A stretch of DNA of 64,000 nucleotides from Nitrososphaerota archaeon (GCA_040290255.1 PSMU01000001.1:256001-320000), one strand, 5' to 3'; positions 19,385-28,165 are shown, counted from the first letter of the stretch. A program made the numbers and translations. Notes: generated by a model from the sequence alone, not told the origin.

Positions 19385-20359
19385 CTATTGATCGTTCATC
19401 AGCGAGACCTCGCCCCCCACCCCACAGGTGAGCGTGGCGAGGCCCAGCGCCCTTATCCTGGCCTCCACGGCCTGCACGTACCTCGGCAGCGTGTTGATGA
19501 AGACGGTGGGCCCCGTCTGGAGGGAGAAGTAGGCCGGGATGCCCTCCTCCCTCATGGCCCTGACCTCCCTCATCACGGCCACTGAGGAGGGCAGCAGCAG
19601 CACGTGCCCTCCGGGCCCCGTCATCGTAACCGCGTGGAGCTCGAGGGCATCGAGCTCCGCCAGCAGGCCCACCCGCTCAAAGTCCCCGGCCCTCAGCGCG
19701 GCCTCCAGCTCCTCGACCCTCCTCTGCGCGCTCTCCACCCGGGCCCTGAAGAAGGGCGAGGCCTCCGCTTCCCTGTGCGCCTGCTCCGTGGAGAACTCCA
19801 GGTAAAGCGGGACGACCACCACCCTCAGGTCGAGCAGCTCACGGCCGCCCAGGCGTATGGCGTAAGAGCTTTCGTGGTCCTGGCCCGCCCTCCACCGGGC
19901 AAAGCCCCCCACCACGCTCCTGCAGGCGGAGCCGGAGAAGAGCCTGGCCAGGGCGGAGATCCTCCTGAGGTCCCAGCCCCACCTGGCCCTTAGCCCATAG
20001 GCTTCGAAGAGCGCGGCCGCCAGGGCCGCGCCCATCGAGCTGGAGAAGCCCAGGCCCTTCGCGCTTATGCCGCTGGGGAAGTTCTGAAAGCTCACGAGGC
20101 AGGAGGCCCTATTGCCTGCCTCCTGCCAGACCCTGCGGAGCACGCCCAGGACCCTCTCCTTGGTCCTGGGGGAGGCGGGGCTGCCCTCGAAGAGGACCTC
20201 GCAGGCCCCCTCGCTGGGCCGCAGCTCGACGCGGGCCCTGCTGCCTATGCCCTCCAAGTTCACGGAGATGCTGTCGTGGTAGGGGATCCTGAGGCCCCAG
20301 TCCTTGAGCCCATGGTACTTTATCAGCCCCTCCATGACGAAGGCCCTGGCCTCGGCCAC
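19385..20359 (-). CDS. mvaD: Phosphomevalonate/diphosphomevalonate decarboxylase
   Basis: GLIKYHG..D..LRIPYHDSISV, GLGFSSS, SGSACRSVVGGF, QTGPTVF (GHMP fold). Confidence 0.85.
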   Translation of the reverse strand: MAEARAFVMEGLIKYHGLKDWGLRIPYHDSISVNLEGIGSRARVELRPSEGACEVLFEGSPASPRTKERVLGVLRRVWQEAGNRASCLVSFQNFPSGISAKGLGFSSSMGAALAAALFEAYGLRARWGWDLRRISALARLFSGSACRSVVGGFARWRAGQDHESSYAIRLGGRELLDLRVVVVPLYLEFSTEQAHREAEASPFFRARVESAQRRVEELEAALRAGDFERVGLLAELDALELHAVTMTGPGGHVLLLPSSVAVMREVRAMREEGIPAYFSLQTGPTVFINTLPRYVQAVEARIRALGLATLTCGVGGEVSLMNDQ

Positions 20360-20440
20360 CGCGCCCCTCGCCCCGGCTTATCCTTTTTATCTAAAGAAGT
20401 TAAGTTCGCGGTTATTTAGGGGGCGAGGAAAGGCCGGTGC

Positions 20441-20701
20441 ATGACCGAGCAGGTCGAAGTGACCTATTCGGAGGAGATGCTCCAGGGGCTGGTGGCGAGA
20501 AGGAAGGAGCTGGAGGAGAGGGCCAGGGCGCTGGAGGAGGAGAAGGGGCGCCTAGAGCTGGAGGTGAACATCCTAAGGGAAATGGTCGCCACCAAGCAGC
20601 TCGAGGCGCACAGCCAGAAGCTGGAGCACGAGATAGCCTCGCTCAGGGAGACCAAGGCCAGCCTCGAGAGCGCCCTCCACAGCCTGGAGGCCCAAGGGTA
20701 G
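20441..20701 (+). CDS. Coiled-coil hypothetical protein
   Basis: Heptad Leu/Glu pattern over the whole length. Confidence 0.7.
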   Translation: MTEQVEVTYSEEMLQGLVARRKELEERARALEEEKGRLELEVNILREMVATKQLEAHSQKLEHEIASLRETKASLESALHSLEAQG

Positions 20702-20702
20702 C

Positions 20703-21104
20703 TTGTCGGCCTGCCCTCTCTGCGGCGGGGGGCTCAGCGACGGGCAAAGGTGGACTTTTTTAGTCTATAACCAGGGCACTAAGGAGCTCTCGAAGGAGGA
20801 GGTAATCGTCCGCCGCTGCACGGCCTGTGGCCACTCGTTCCCGCAGAGGGCGAGGCAGGAGGCCGTGATCATCTTGCCCGTGGCCCAGCTGCAGGAGCTC
20901 AGGAAGCTGGCGGAGAGGGCGAAGGCCGAGCTGGAGTATGCGAGGCGGCAGGTGCAGGCCCTGGCCTTGGCGAAGAGCGTCCTGGAGGAGAACCTGCGCG
21001 TGCTGGCGCTGCAGGGCAGGGTGATGAGGCTTGAGGGCGAGGTCGAGGGGCTGAAGGCCGAGAAGAGGGAGCTGGAGGTCCGGCTTAGGGCGGCGGGCCA
21101 GTAA
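20703..21104 (+). CDS. Zinc-ribbon plus coiled-coil hypothetical protein
   Basis: CPLC...CTAC followed by heptad repeats. Confidence 0.7.
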   Translation: MSACPLCGGGLSDGQRWTFLVYNQGTKELSKEEVIVRRCTACGHSFPQRARQEAVIILPVAQLQELRKLAERAKAELEYARRQVQALALAKSVLEENLRVLALQGRVMRLEGEVEGLKAEKRELEVRLRAAGQ

Positions 21105-21137
21105 AGGCCTTTAAAGCTGAAGGACCAGACGGCGCGC

Positions 21138-21743
21138 ATGGGAAGATACACGCTCCCAAGCCTGCCCTACAAATATGATGCGCTGCAGCCCTACATCTCG
21201 GAGAGGATCATGACGCTGCACCACACCAAGCACCATCAAGCCTATGTGAACGGGGCCAACGCCGCGCTGGAGAAGCTGGAGAGGGCGAGGAGGGGGGAGC
21301 TGCAGGTGGATGTAAGGGCGGTGCTCAGGGACCTGAGCTTCAACCTCGACGGCCACAAGCTGCACTCGATCTTCTGGCCCAACATGGCCCCTCCGGGCAA
21401 AGGGGGAGGGACGCCCGGCGGGAGGCTGGCGGACCAGCTGAACAGGGACTTCGGCTCCTTCGACAGGTTCAAGGCGCAGTTCAGCGATGCCGCTAAGACC
21501 GTAGAGGGCGTCGGCTGGGCGCTCCTGCTGTATGACCCGGAGGCCGATCATCTGGTGCTCACGCAGATCGAGAAGCAGAACCTCATGCACTTGGCCGAGC
21601 TGCCCATCCTGCTCTCGCTGGACGTCTGGGAGCATGCCTACTACCTGGACTACCAGAACGACAGGGCCAAGTATGTGGACAACTGGTGGAACGTCGTCAA
21701 CTGGGACGACGTGGCCGCCAGGTTCGAGCGCGTGAAGAGGTAG
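21138..21743 (+). CDS. sod: Fe/Mn superoxide dismutase
   Basis: LHHTKHHQAYV, HSIFW, DVWEHAYY. Confidence 0.97.
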   Translation: MGRYTLPSLPYKYDALQPYISERIMTLHHTKHHQAYVNGANAALEKLERARRGELQVDVRAVLRDLSFNLDGHKLHSIFWPNMAPPGKGGGTPGGRLADQLNRDFGSFDRFKAQFSDAAKTVEGVGWALLLYDPEADHLVLTQIEKQNLMHLAELPILLSLDVWEHAYYLDYQNDRAKYVDNWWNVVNWDDVAARFERVKR

Positions 21744-21747
21744 GCGC

Positions 21748-22041
21748 ATGGCGCGAAAGGCGGCCCAGAGGGAGCCGCCTCGGGCCACGGTGCTGAAGCC
21801 AAGGTACCCGGGCCAGAGGCGGGAGGGACGCGGCTTCTCGCTGGCGGAGCTGCGCCTCGCCGGCCTCACGCTGAAGCAGGCCAGGAAGCTGGGCCTGAGG
21901 CTGGACCCAAGGCGGCGCACGGCCCATGAGGAGAACGTCAAGGAACTCAAGGCCCTGCTCGCGCCGCGCAGGAGGAGACCGCGGGCGCCCAAGCCCAAGG
22001 CAGCGAGAAGGAGGGCGCGGCGGGGCGAGGGCAAGGAGTAA
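21748..22041 (+). CDS. rpl13e: 50S ribosomal protein L13e
   Basis: REGRGFSLAELRLAGL...ARKLGLRLDPRRRTAHEENV. Confidence 0.9.
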   Translation: MARKAAQREPPRATVLKPRYPGQRREGRGFSLAELRLAGLTLKQARKLGLRLDPRRRTAHEENVKELKALLAPRRRRPRAPKPKAARRRARRGEGKE

Positions 22042-22076
22042 AAATTTTAAATGCGCCGCCGAAGCTCATCCCAGGT

Positions 22077-22231
22077 CCCGCGGTAGCTCAGCCTGGAAGA
22101 GCGTCCGGCTGTAGGGTTGGCCTTGGGCTAGCCCCACGGCGGCCAGGCTAACATAGGCACCGGATGGTCGCCGGTGCGCGGAGGCGCGGCGAGTTCAAAA
22201 GGCCCATGACCTGAAACTCCGGCCCGCGGGA
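22077..22231 (+). tRNA. tRNA-Tyr(GTA) with three BHB introns (22115-22158, 22175-22193, 22200-22217)
   Basis: CCCGCGG/CCGCGGG acceptor, TCCGG-ctGTAg/a-CCGGA anticodon arm; removing three BHB-flanked inserts restores GCCGG-TTCAAAT-CCGGC. Confidence 0.92.
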
Positions 22232-22288
22232 CCTCACTTTCGCGCGCTTCCAGGTGTAAGGCATATAAGATATAGGGGGAGCCGGCTC

Positions 22289-22531
22289 ATGGGCAGGCTG
22301 AAGCTCTTCTTCGCCAGCGATATACACGGCTCGGACCGGCTCTTCCTCAAGCTTCTTCACGTGCCCTCGGTCTACAAGGTGCCGCTGCTCATCGTGGGGG
22401 GCGACATAACGGGCAAGGCCATCCTGCCCATCTTCAGCGAGGGAGGCTCGTATAGGGCGAACGTGCAGGGCACGTGGAGGGAGGCCTCGCCATCCGACAA
22501 ACCTCGGGCCTCTTCAGGTGCGCGTCTATAA
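22289..22531 (+). pseudogene. Truncated metallophosphoesterase (N-terminal fragment)
   Basis: FASDIHGS and GGDITGK motifs present, but the ORF ends at 80 aa without the GN-type and later motifs; the last codons drift into lower-GC sequence. Confidence 0.7.
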
Positions 22532-22612
22532 GGCTGAGCTGCTTAACGCCGTTAGGCGCTAAAACTACGCATGTCTTTTGGCGGGGCACGTCAGAAAGTG
22601 AAAGATAGGGCC

Positions 22613-23293
22613 CTAGAGCAGGAGCGCGAAGGCCCTCATGGGGCTTGCGGAGCCCTTGGCCAGGGGCAGGGGCGCGGCCACCAATACGAACTCCTTGCCG
22701 AGCAGCTTATCCAGGTTCGTCAGGTTCTCGAGCAGCACGATGCCCTTGGGCAGCAGCAGCCTATGGGCGGGGAAGGGGGCATGGTCGGGGCTTGGGGCAT
22801 CGATGCCCACGGCGGCGACCTCCAGCTGGGCCAAATAGTGGCATGCGTCCTCGCCCAGCCCGGGATGCTGCATCCACTCCGGCGTGCCCGCCTTGGCCGA
22901 GTAGCCGGTGTAAAGGAGGACGGCCCACCCGTTCACCTTCCTTCCCCCCGTCGCGCGCCCGAGGGCCTTCTCCAGGTCCGCCCTCGTGATCTCATAGTTG
23001 GGACCCACGCCCGAGAAGTCCACCGCCACCCCCCTGCAGATGCAGGTGCTTAGGGGCACCATGTCTATCGAGGGCCCCGCCTCGGAGAAGTGCAGGGGCG
23101 CGTCCATATGGGTGGCCGTGTGCTCGACGAAGACCCAGAGCGAGGAGTAGTAGCCCTGCTCGCGCAGCGTGGTCAGCGTGCCCCTCACGGGCATGGGATA
23201 GCCGGGGAAGACGGGCGTCTCCAGGCTTCGTATGGGCAGGGAAAGGTCCACGACCTCCTTAATCGGCAGGCCTAGGTTGCGCTGCCAGCTCAC
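22613..23293 (-). CDS. Cyclase/kynurenine formamidase-family metal hydrolase
   Basis: EHTATHMDAPLHF, GIDAPSPD, ENLTNL, GSASPMRA; probable GTG start at 23293. Confidence 0.88.
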   Translation of the reverse strand: MSWQRNLGLPIKEVVDLSLPIRSLETPVFPGYPMPVRGTLTTLREQGYYSSLWVFVEHTATHMDAPLHFSEAGPSIDMVPLSTCICRGVAVDFSGVGPNYEITRADLEKALGRATGGRKVNGWAVLLYTGYSAKAGTPEWMQHPGLGEDACHYLAQLEVAAVGIDAPSPDHAPFPAHRLLLPKGIVLLENLTNLDKLLGKEFVLVAAPLPLAKGSASPMRAFALLL

Positions 23294-23364
23294 GCGCCCC
23301 CTTGGGAGGCACGTAAATAACCCTTGGGAGCCGCATCTTTTTAACGCCAGCGCCAAGGGGGGCC

Positions 23365-24159
23365 ATGCCTTGGGAGACCGGACTCAGGGGCAAGAGGGCC
23401 CTCGTGACGGCCGCGAGCAGGGGCCTGGGCTTCGGGGCGGCGCGGGCGTTGCTGGAGGAGGGCTGTAGCGTGGTCATTAGCTCCTCGAACCAGGCCAACT
23501 TGGAGCTCGCGCTGCGGGAGCTCAGGCCGCTGGGCCACGTGGAGGCCGTGAAGGCCGACCTGACGAGGAAGGAGGAGATCGATGCGCTCGTGGACAGGGC
23601 CTCTTCGCTGCTGGGCGGGCTGGATATCCTCGTGTACGTCACCGGCAGCCCCAAGCCCGGGCCCTTCATGGAGCAGGGGTACGAGGACTGGCTGGAGGCC
23701 TCCAGGCTGCTGGTGGTGAGCGCGGCCTACTTGGCTAGGAGGGCGGCCGAGGTGATGCTGCGCCAGGGGACGGGCGGGAGGATCGTGCTCCTGGCTTCGG
23801 TGGCCATCAGGGAGCCGGTCCCGAGCCTCGCCACCTCCAACGTATGCAGGATCGCCGTGGCGGGCATCGTGAGGACGCTTGCGAGGGAGCTGGGCCCAAG
23901 GGGGATAAGGGTCAACGGGATCCTGCCGGGCTACATACGCACGAAGAGGCTCGAGCAAATCCTGCTGGATTCGGCGAAAAGGAGGGGCATCAGCCCCGAG
24001 CAGGCGCTGGCCGAGCTCGAGAGGGAGATACCCATGGGCCGCGTCGGGAGGGTGGAGGAGCTGGCCAACGCGGTCGTCTTCCTGGCCAGCGATCTCTCCT
24101 CTTATGTGAACGGCGCCCTCCTGCCCGTGGACGGCGGCTACCTGCGCTCCGTTGGCTAG
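23365..24159 (+). CDS. Short-chain dehydrogenase/reductase (atypical, no catalytic Tyr)
   Basis: TAASRGLG, SNVCR at the YxxxK position, VNGILPGYIRT, VDGG. Confidence 0.88.
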   Translation: MPWETGLRGKRALVTAASRGLGFGAARALLEEGCSVVISSSNQANLELALRELRPLGHVEAVKADLTRKEEIDALVDRASSLLGGLDILVYVTGSPKPGPFMEQGYEDWLEASRLLVVSAAYLARRAAEVMLRQGTGGRIVLLASVAIREPVPSLATSNVCRIAVAGIVRTLARELGPRGIRVNGILPGYIRTKRLEQILLDSAKRRGISPEQALAELEREIPMGRVGRVEELANAVVFLASDLSSYVNGALLPVDGGYLRSVG

Positions 24160-24524
24160 CGCTCGGGGGGCGGGGCCTCGGCCAGGTAATCCTCCCTGGG
24201 AGGGGTGAAGAAGTCGATGATAACGCTGGGCTCGTCGCCCGTCCTGAGCTCATGGAGCACCCCGGGCGGCACGTAATACGCGTCGCCCTTCTTGACCGCC
24301 CACTCGCGGTCGCCCACCTTGAAGACCCCGCCGCCCTGCAGGAAGACCCCGTACTGCGCGTGGGGATGGCTGTGCAGCGGAAAGACCTTCCTGGACTCGA
24401 TGTAGTACATGACCATCATGCCCGTGGCCGAGTGCGCCAGGATCCTCCTCCTCACGCCCGGCATCACCTCCCTCCAGGCCTCCTGCTTATCGCTCCACAG
24501 GGCCGGCTCAGAGTACGAGGGCAT
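24156..24524 (-). CDS. Cupin-domain protein
   Basis: HSHPHAQ, GDAYYVPPGVLH, DFFTPPREDY. Confidence 0.85.
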   Translation of the reverse strand: MPSYSEPALWSDKQEAWREVMPGVRRRILAHSATGMMVMYYIESRKVFPLHSHPHAQYGVFLQGGGVFKVGDREWAVKKGDAYYVPPGVLHELRTGDEPSVIIDFFTPPREDYLAEAPPPER

Positions 24525-24563
24525 GGCCCCGCACCCCATGGCCCGGTATTTTAAGCTTGGCCG

Positions 24564-25703
24564 CTAGCCGAGGCGGCCGAAGAAGGCCTTTATCCTCTCC
24601 ATGCCCTCCTCTATCTCCTGCTCGTTGCCCGAGAAGGAGAGCCTGATGTGCCCCTCGCCCGCCGGCCCGAAGGCGATGCCCGGCAACACGGCCACGCCCT
24701 CTTGAAGCAGCAGCCTCTTGACCAGCTCCTGAGAGGGGATCTTGGCGGAGTAGCGGGGAAAGGCGTAGAAGGCGCCCTCGATGGGGCTGATCGTCAGGCC
24801 CCTGACCTCCTGGAGCTTCTCGAGCAGGAGCTTCCTTCTGTGGGCGAGCCTCTCCCTGAAGGCCTTGACGTGCGCGTCTCCGTTCTCCAGCGCGTAGGCG
24901 CAGGCCCTCTGGATGAAGGGCGGGAAGCAGGTGAGCGTGTGCTCCAGCAGGCGGGCGACCCTCTCCACGATGCGCCGGCTGGCCACGATATAGCCCGCCC
25001 TCCAGCCCGTCATGGCATAGCTCTTGGAGAAGCTGAAGAGCGTGATCACAAGCTCGGGCTCGGGCTCCAGGGCGCCGATGGAGAAGTGCTCCTTCTCGAA
25101 GATGATGTCCTCATAGGCCTCATCGCTGATGATGTAGATGTCCCTTTCGCTGCAGAGCTCGTACAGCTCCTGGAGCTCCTCGCGGCCCAGGACCCTGGCG
25201 GTGGGGTTAGAAGGCGTATTGATCACGATCACGCGCGTCTTCGGCGTAAGGGCGCGGCGTATGGCCCCCAGGTCGAGCGAGAAGTCGGGCGCGAGGCCGT
25301 AGCGCACGGGCCTCCCGCCCGCCAGCAGCGTGGGCTCCGAGTAGAAGTAGCCAGGGTCGGGCACGAGCGCCTCAAAGGGCTCGTCGGCCACGGCCATGAG
25401 GGCGGCGAAGACGGCCAACTTCGTGGTGATGAAGATGGCGTTGGCCTCGTCCGCGCGAATGCCGTTCTTCCTCCTGACCTTCTGCGCTATGGCGCGCCGC
25501 AGCTCTGGTATGCCGTAGCTTGAGGTATAGTGCACCTCGCCGGCCAGCATGCCCCTGTGGGCGGCCTCGACTATATCCTCGGGCGTGTTGAAGGAGGGCT
25601 CGCCTATGGCCAAGCTCAGCACCCTCTCGCCCCTGGCCTTCTTCTCCAGGACCAAGTTCACCACCTCGAGCGAGGGGGAGCCGGAGATCTTGTCCAGGTG
25701 CAT
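24564..25703 (-). CDS. Class I/II PLP aminotransferase (aspartate aminotransferase-like)
   Basis: LAIGEPSF, NTPSNPT, SDEAYE, SFSKSYAMTGWRAGY. Confidence 0.92.
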   Translation of the reverse strand: MHLDKISGSPSLEVVNLVLEKKARGERVLSLAIGEPSFNTPEDIVEAAHRGMLAGEVHYTSSYGIPELRRAIAQKVRRKNGIRADEANAIFITTKLAVFAALMAVADEPFEALVPDPGYFYSEPTLLAGGRPVRYGLAPDFSLDLGAIRRALTPKTRVIVINTPSNPTARVLGREELQELYELCSERDIYIISDEAYEDIIFEKEHFSIGALEPEPELVITLFSFSKSYAMTGWRAGYIVASRRIVERVARLLEHTLTCFPPFIQRACAYALENGDAHVKAFRERLAHRRKLLLEKLQEVRGLTISPIEGAFYAFPRYSAKIPSQELVKRLLLQEGVAVLPGIAFGPAGEGHIRLSFSGNEQEIEEGMERIKAFFGRLG

Positions 25704-25772
25704 ACGCCCCGTGAGGGGTCACCAATATAACGCTTGTGACGCATATATGCGCGCGCCGGCCAGGGTGGCGGC

Positions 25773-26714
25773 ATGCGCGGCGTGCTGGTTGAAGCCCCTG
25801 CCTCGTCGGCCAACCTGGGGCCGGGCTTCGATGTCTTTGCCCTGGCGCTGCAGCAGCCCGCGGACCGCCTCAGGCTCTCCTACGAGCCCTCGGCCTCGCT
25901 CGATGTGGCGCTCGAGGTGAGGGGCAGCGTGGGCGTGCCCATCGACGTGCTGCGCAACGCCGCCTCGGCCGTGGCTATCGAGATGGCCCGCCAGAAGGGC
26001 ATCAGGGCCAGGCTCCTGCTACAGCTGGAGAAGAACGTGCCCGTGGGCATAGGGCTGGGCAGCAGCGCGGCCTCTTCGGCGGCCGTGGCGGTGGCCATGA
26101 ACGAGCTCTTCGGCCTTCAGCTCAGGCCCTCGGAGCTGGTGGCCTTTGCGGGCGTGGGCGAAAGGGTCGCCTCGGGCGAGGCCCACTACGACAACGTCAC
26201 GGCCTCGCTTCTCGGGGGGTTCGTGGTCGTGGGCATGGAGGGCTTGAGCCCGCTACGGCTCGAGCCCCCTGCGCACCTGTTGCTATGCCTCGCCACGCCC
26301 CGCGTGGCGCTGCCCGAGAGGAAGACGGAGGCCGCCCGCAGGCTCCTTCCAAGGGAGGTTCCTCTCCGGAGCATGGTGGAGAATATGGCCCGGGCCTGCC
26401 GCATCGTGGCCGGCTTCGCGCAGGGGGACCTGCGCCTGGTAGGGGAAGGGATGAAGGACGTGGTGGTGGAGCCCGTAAGGAGCAAGCTCGTGCCGGGCTA
26501 TGCCAAGGTCAGGGAGGCGGCCCTGGAGGCTGGTGCCCTGGGCGTCTGCATCAGCGGCGCGGGCCCGACCATGCTGGCGCTGGTCGACGTGAACAGGGCC
26601 GAGGCCGGGGCGGTGCTGGGGGCCATGCTCTCGGCCTTCGAGCAGGCTGGCGTAGAAGCCCAAGGCTTCATAACATCCGTGGGCGAGGGGGCCAGGGTGC
26701 TTGAAAGGTTCTAG
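25773..26714 (+). CDS. thrB: Homoserine kinase
   Basis: PASSANLGPGFDV, PVGIGLGSSAAS, HYDNV, ISGAGPT. Confidence 0.95.
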   Translation: MRGVLVEAPASSANLGPGFDVFALALQQPADRLRLSYEPSASLDVALEVRGSVGVPIDVLRNAASAVAIEMARQKGIRARLLLQLEKNVPVGIGLGSSAASSAAVAVAMNELFGLQLRPSELVAFAGVGERVASGEAHYDNVTASLLGGFVVVGMEGLSPLRLEPPAHLLLCLATPRVALPERKTEAARRLLPREVPLRSMVENMARACRIVAGFAQGDLRLVGEGMKDVVVEPVRSKLVPGYAKVREAALEAGALGVCISGAGPTMLALVDVNRAEAGAVLGAMLSAFEQAGVEAQGFITSVGEGARVLERF

Positions 26715-27924
26715 CGATCACGTGCTCCGCTGCATAGCCTGTGGAGAGGCCTTCGGCGCGCTTCCGGAGGGGTATAGGTGTCCTTCTTGCGGCGACCTTT
26801 TGGAGGTAGTGCTGCGGGCCGCGATGGCGCCCGAGGGCTTCTGGACGCTCAGGCGAGGCGCGCTGGGCGTGTGGGCCTTCAGGCGGGCGCTGCCAAGCGT
26901 TGGGCGAGAGCCCGTGAGCCTGGGCGAAGGAGGCACGCCCCTTCTGAGGGTGAAGAACCTCCCCGAGCTCTCGCCGCTGGAGCATGTGTACGTTAAGTAC
27001 GAGGGGCAGAATCCGACGGGCTCCTTCAAGGACAGGGGCATGACCGTGGCCGTGAGCCTGGCCCTGCGCTACGGGGCCCGCGTGCTGCTCTGCGCCTCGA
27101 CGGGCAACACGGCCGCTTCGCTGGCCGCCTACGCCGCCCGTGCGGGCAGGAGGGCGCTCGTGCTGGTACCGAAGGGGCTGGTTGCGCGGGGCAAGCTGGC
27201 GCAGGCGCAGGCGTATGGGGCGCTCGTGGTGGAGGTGGAGGGCAACTTCGACACGGCGCTGGGCCTCGTGACCAGGCTCGCCTCCGGCGGGAGCGGGCTC
27301 TTCCTGCTGAACTCCATAAACCCCTATCGCCTTGAGGGACAAAAGACGCTGGCCTATGAGCTGGTGCTTCAGCTGGGCAGGGCGCCGGACTATGTGGTGC
27401 TGCCGGTGGGCAACGGCGGCAACATCAGCGCGCTCTGGAAGGGCTTCACGGAGCTCAAGGCCTGGCGCATCATAACCACGCTTCCCAGGCTAGTGGCCGT
27501 GCAGGCGGAGGGCGCGGCGCCCATTGCTCATGCCTTCAACAGGGGCTTAGAAGGCCTGGAGCCCGTGGCCGCCCCGCACACGCTGGCCACGGCCATCAAC
27601 ATAGGCAGGCCCGCGCTCTGGAAGAAGGCGCTGCGGGCGCTACAGGAATCGGGCGGCCTCGCGCTCACGGTCAGCGATGAGGAGATACTGGCGGCCAAAT
27701 CCCGGCTGGCCTCGGGCGAGGGCCTGTTCGTCGAGGCGGCCAGCGCGGCGCCCCTGGCGGCCCTTTACAGGCTCAAGCATTCCCTCCCGCGCAATGCGCT
27801 CGTGGTCTGTGTGGCCACGGGCTCGGGCCTAAAGGATAGGGAGCTGGTCGAGGAGCGCGCCCCTCAACCCCTGAGCGTGAAGGGCGAAGAGGCCCTCTCT
27901 TCACTGCTGAAGAAGCTCTTTTGA
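26701..27924 (+). CDS. thrC: Threonine synthase
   Basis: N-terminal Zn ribbon, LGEGGTPL, NPTGSFKDRG, CASTGNTAAS, PVGNGGN. Confidence 0.95.
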   Translation: MKGSSDHVLRCIACGEAFGALPEGYRCPSCGDLLEVVLRAAMAPEGFWTLRRGALGVWAFRRALPSVGREPVSLGEGGTPLLRVKNLPELSPLEHVYVKYEGQNPTGSFKDRGMTVAVSLALRYGARVLLCASTGNTAASLAAYAARAGRRALVLVPKGLVARGKLAQAQAYGALVVEVEGNFDTALGLVTRLASGGSGLFLLNSINPYRLEGQKTLAYELVLQLGRAPDYVVLPVGNGGNISALWKGFTELKAWRIITTLPRLVAVQAEGAAPIAHAFNRGLEGLEPVAAPHTLATAINIGRPALWKKALRALQESGGLALTVSDEEILAAKSRLASGEGLFVEAASAAPLAALYRLKHSLPRNALVVCVATGSGLKDRELVEERAPQPLSVKGEEALSSLLKKLF

Positions 27925-28044
27925 GCAGCTCGGCGGATAATGGGCTTCTACCTCTGAGGAAGAGGCGTGGCCCGAAGGGGCGTAGGTGGCGGGGGCCCGG
28001 CAGGGACCTCTTGAGAACACCAGCACCGCTCGGGCCTAACATGC

Positions 28045-28132
28045 TGGCGGGCCCGGCGGGATTTGAACCCGCGACCTACGGGTCTCTTCGTGCGTAAAAG
28101 CCCGCCGCTCTGCCGTGCTGAGCTACGGGCCC
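28045..28132 (-). tRNA. tRNA-Lys(TTT) with 11-nt intron (28084-28094) and encoded CCA
   Basis: GGGCCCG/CGGGCCC acceptor, GCGGG-ctTTTa[CGCACGAAGAG]a-CCCGT, GGTTCAAATCC. Confidence 0.94.
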
Positions 28133-28147
28133 CCGCTCTTTCGCGGG

Positions 28148-28165
28148 GATAAAACTTTAAGTTTT
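28148..28165. promoter_or_regulatory. AT-rich bidirectional promoter between divergent tRNA-Lys and tRNA-Asp
   Basis: GATAAAACTTTAAGTTTT in a GC-rich background, centred between the two tRNA 5' ends. Confidence 0.6.

Noticed and set aside
20366-20428. 9-bp inverted repeat CCTCGCCCC/GGGGCGAGG around a divergent promoter
   Set aside because: Explained by purine-rich SD-like sequence before both starts, or by chance in GC-rich DNA
22490-22540. Stop-codon readthrough or frameshift rescuing the phosphoesterase fragment
   Set aside because: I saw no downstream family motifs, and only about 80 bp remain before the convergent cyclase gene
27955-27980. CTGAGGA...CGAAG resembling a hammerhead ribozyme core
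   Set aside because: No GAAA, stem II cannot be formed properly, and no cleavage-site helix was found
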